Assembly: GCA_964619365.1 (NCBI GenBank)
Contig: CAZUDQ010000011.1
Coordinates: forward strand, 1 to 46,761
Length of the DNA: 46,761 bases
From: an uncultured archaeon
Lineage (GTDB): Archaea; Altiarchaeota; Altiarchaeia; JAFGQM01
Direction: 5' to 3'
Part shown: positions 46,382 to 46,761 of the stretch, in pieces
How the letters are laid out: every line of letters begins with the position of its first letter
Numbering within the stretch: position 1 is the first letter of the stretch
Program-made: the position numbers and the translations under genes
The notes under the pieces: generated by a model
Seen by the model: the letters and a program-made list of their open reading frames with translations, nothing else
Database searches by the model: none
Told to the model about the DNA's origin: nothing

Positions 46382-46761
46382 ATGAGCCCAGAGGGAGAAA
46401 GGAAAAACTCTGATTCATCCTATAAGATGAAGCCAAAACTGGTAATAGCGCTAGTTGCCCTTGCGTTAGTTCTAGGTTTTTCCATGCTTGTTTTTGAACT
46501 GCCCTCCCTTAAGGGAGTAAGCGCTCAGGGCCCAACTGGGATGGCAATAGATGCCGACGAGCTTTACGAGTACTTTATCACACCCATAGAATCAAACGAA
46601 TCTGGTGGAGACGCTCCCCTACTTGGATTGCAAGAGGAACTAAATGTCACTGGTGGGGATGGCTTTGGAACAAACGCATCTTCAGAAGACGGTATAATCA
46701 GGCTTTTATCGAGCGCTTCAGTCCCTTACGACTCACTTGTTGCCTACTGGAGCTTTGATGC
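46382..46761 (+). CDS. 3'-partial surface protein, probably LamG-like
   Basis: Open frame MSPEGE...MKPKLVIALVALALVLGFSMLVF...QGPTGMAIDADELYEYF...SLVAYWSFD runs off the window; LVAYWSFD is a typical first strand of a LamG-like domain. Confidence 0.8.
   Translation, partial: MSPEGERKNSDSSYKMKPKLVIALVALALVLGFSMLVFELPSLKGVSAQGPTGMAIDADELYEYFITPIESNESGGDAPLLGLQEELNVTGGDGFGTNASSEDGIIRLLSSASVPYDSLVAYWSFD

Overview
Archaeal chromosomal window, probably from a DPANN-type lineage (inferred from gene style, not proven). The first ~31.5 kb is an uninterrupted plus-strand array of 13 secreted or membrane-anchored surface-protein genes. Their modules include Cys-rich repeats, EF-hand-like Ca loops, GLUG beta-helix modules, carboxypeptidase-regulatory-like/PKD/DUF11 Ig folds, TSP1-like and TSP3-like motifs, Gly-Tyr repeats and one protein with a pore-former-like hydrophobic hairpin. 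A 50-aa ribosomal protein L40e gene, missing from the ORF track, sits inside this array. The rest is compact housekeeping: purA, a TrmB-like regulator, purC, a HAD hydrolase, a LeuA/CimA-family synthase, rnhB, radA, RPA, two LolA/LppX-like anchored paralogs, archaeal shikimate kinase, RNase P Pop5 and FEN1. Another surface protein begins at the right edge. The best leads are: (1) a recurrent juxtamembrane [P/T]TG[A/M][A/V/L][V/I/L] motif in six otherwise dissimilar surface proteins, a candidate processing or sorting signal; (2) a circularly permuted HAD phosphatase; (3) an L40e-coupled operon encoding a giant N-anchored stalk protein plus a putative membrane-inserting protein; (4) half-domains and shared cassettes suggesting module shuffling. 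No CRISPR array, tRNA/rRNA, transposase, integrase or reverse transcriptase was recognised. All domain names come from motif recognition by eye, not database searches.
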